This document shows, one piece after another, positions 62,905 through 64,000 of a DNA stretch of 64,000 nucleotides. Numbering within the stretch: the stretch's first letter is position 1; each line of letters starts with the position of its first letter. The notes under the pieces were generated by a model. That model ran no database searches, was not told where the DNA came from, and saw only the letters and a list, made by a program, of their open reading frames with translations. Where the stretch lies: positions 14,621 to 78,620 of the forward strand of contig CAXKVF010000012.1 in the NCBI GenBank assembly GCA_964057225.1, in the 5' to 3' direction. This stretch comes from Auanema rhodensis (Eukaryota > Animalia > Nematoda). The position numbers and the translations under genes are program-made.

Positions 62905-63984
62905 TCACAGTTTATATAATATGCTGTGAGATTGCTTCTGTGCTTCCCCGTATCTACTAGGGCATAATTGATATCCTCCTGGTTCTTGAATATAATGATG
63001 GACGAATTTAGAATGCTGCCGAAAATTCCCATAATCAACTGAAATTTATTATATTCATGAATGTATTCGATGTAATGTATTTTACCTTCTTGTTGTTCAC
63101 GGTTATTTCTATCTTTGGTCAGTGCTTTAACTATGTCGTATACGTTCGCCTGTGTGAGTCTTTCTCCTTTTTTTCTTATTGATCAGGTCTTTAATTTTGT
63201 TGAGTTTCTTCTTGTAGTTTGAAGTTGTGCTCAATTTATTAAATATGTTGACCAGATCGTTCTGACTCTGAAATATATCTCAATCAGTTGTTTTATATTA
63301 TTTATGATTACCTTTAGTTCTGATTTAATGTAACTTATTTCGTTCTCGAAAATGTATTGAGTTACACTTTTCCAATCCATTTCTATTCCGTTAAAATAAT
63401 TCGATATTTTAAAGAAATTAGATAATTTATGAGCAGTATCTCGTTTACTCATGTCGTGGTATAGAAAACCTTTGCATGCCTGGCAATGACAACGACCTAA
63501 TAAATAAAATAACAGTTGAATGTTGTATTATGTGTTGCAAACCTCGGCAAATCTGACAATGACATAGATAGAAATATGCCATGTTATCGTCTTTCATGTC
63601 ATTTTTCTCTGCATATTTCCAAAAAATTTCCTGTACTTCTTCAATATCTTTGTCTGCTTTTAGCGCATTTTTCTAAATTATATTAATGTTTGTCTTTTGG
63701 TAATGTTATTCCGAACCTTTATTTTATTCCATCAATTTTATAGTAGCGTCATAGTGTTTGTAACTATGATTGTTCAGGGGGACCTCCAAACTTATGTTTG
63801 TTGATAGCATTGGATTCTTAAAATAGAAATGTTCAAATACAAGCATGAAATGAAAACCTGTTGAGGAGGTGAATTTCGAAGAGACATGTCCGAATAACGT
63901 TTTTCCTCCTTTAACATATACTTTGTAGTAATCTGCTATACCATTTGGGTCATGTATACCGTTCTTATCAAATCTAGGATTCAA
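62905..63984 (-). CDS. 3' part of a spliced protein-coding gene (or recent pseudogene), unknown product with twin CxCxxC motif; 5' end probably beyond the window
   Basis: Four GT-AG introns: 63716-63673 (44 nt), 63542-63497 (46), 63311-63268 (44, TTTCAG) and 63085-63039 (47, TTTCAG). Splicing gives ..KNALKADKDIEEVQEIFWKYAEKNDMKDDNMAYFYLCHCQICRGRCHCQACKGFLYHDMSKRD..SELKSQNDLVNIF.. Two 1-nt frameshifts are needed (~63730 and the T7 run 63168-63174) to reach the stop at 62905. AATAAA on the minus strand at 62834-62829. Confidence 0.72.
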
Positions 63985-64000
63985 ATTGATACAATCGGTT

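Overview
Eukaryotic nuclear rDNA tandem array (about 1-58577) from a rhabditid-type nematode. The basis is the 18S 5' end GATTGATTCTGTCAGCGC, C. elegans-like 5.8S/26S termini and a neighbouring gene with 44-47 nt introns and TTTCAG acceptors; it is not C. elegans itself. The array has about 7.3 near-identical 8055-bp units (18S-ITS1-5.8S-ITS2-28S-IGS, + strand), with no 5S gene and no R-element or intron insertions seen. The most striking feature is the 2.2-kb IGS. Each spacer carries six copies of the first ~50-95 nt of the 18S rRNA, five antisense and one sense. They fall into two sequence classes: one is identical or nearly identical to the resident 18S, the other is diverged and keeps more canonical-looking bases. 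All six stop at the mature 18S 5' boundary. The array ends abruptly inside the last 28S at a near-palindromic, Helentron-like terminus. About 4.2 kb of palindrome- and repeat-rich non-coding DNA follows, then the 3' part of a spliced minus-strand gene with a twin CxCxxC motif. Nearly all ORFs in the supplied track are spurious frames over rRNA or spacer repeats. All alignments were made by eye; no database searches were run.
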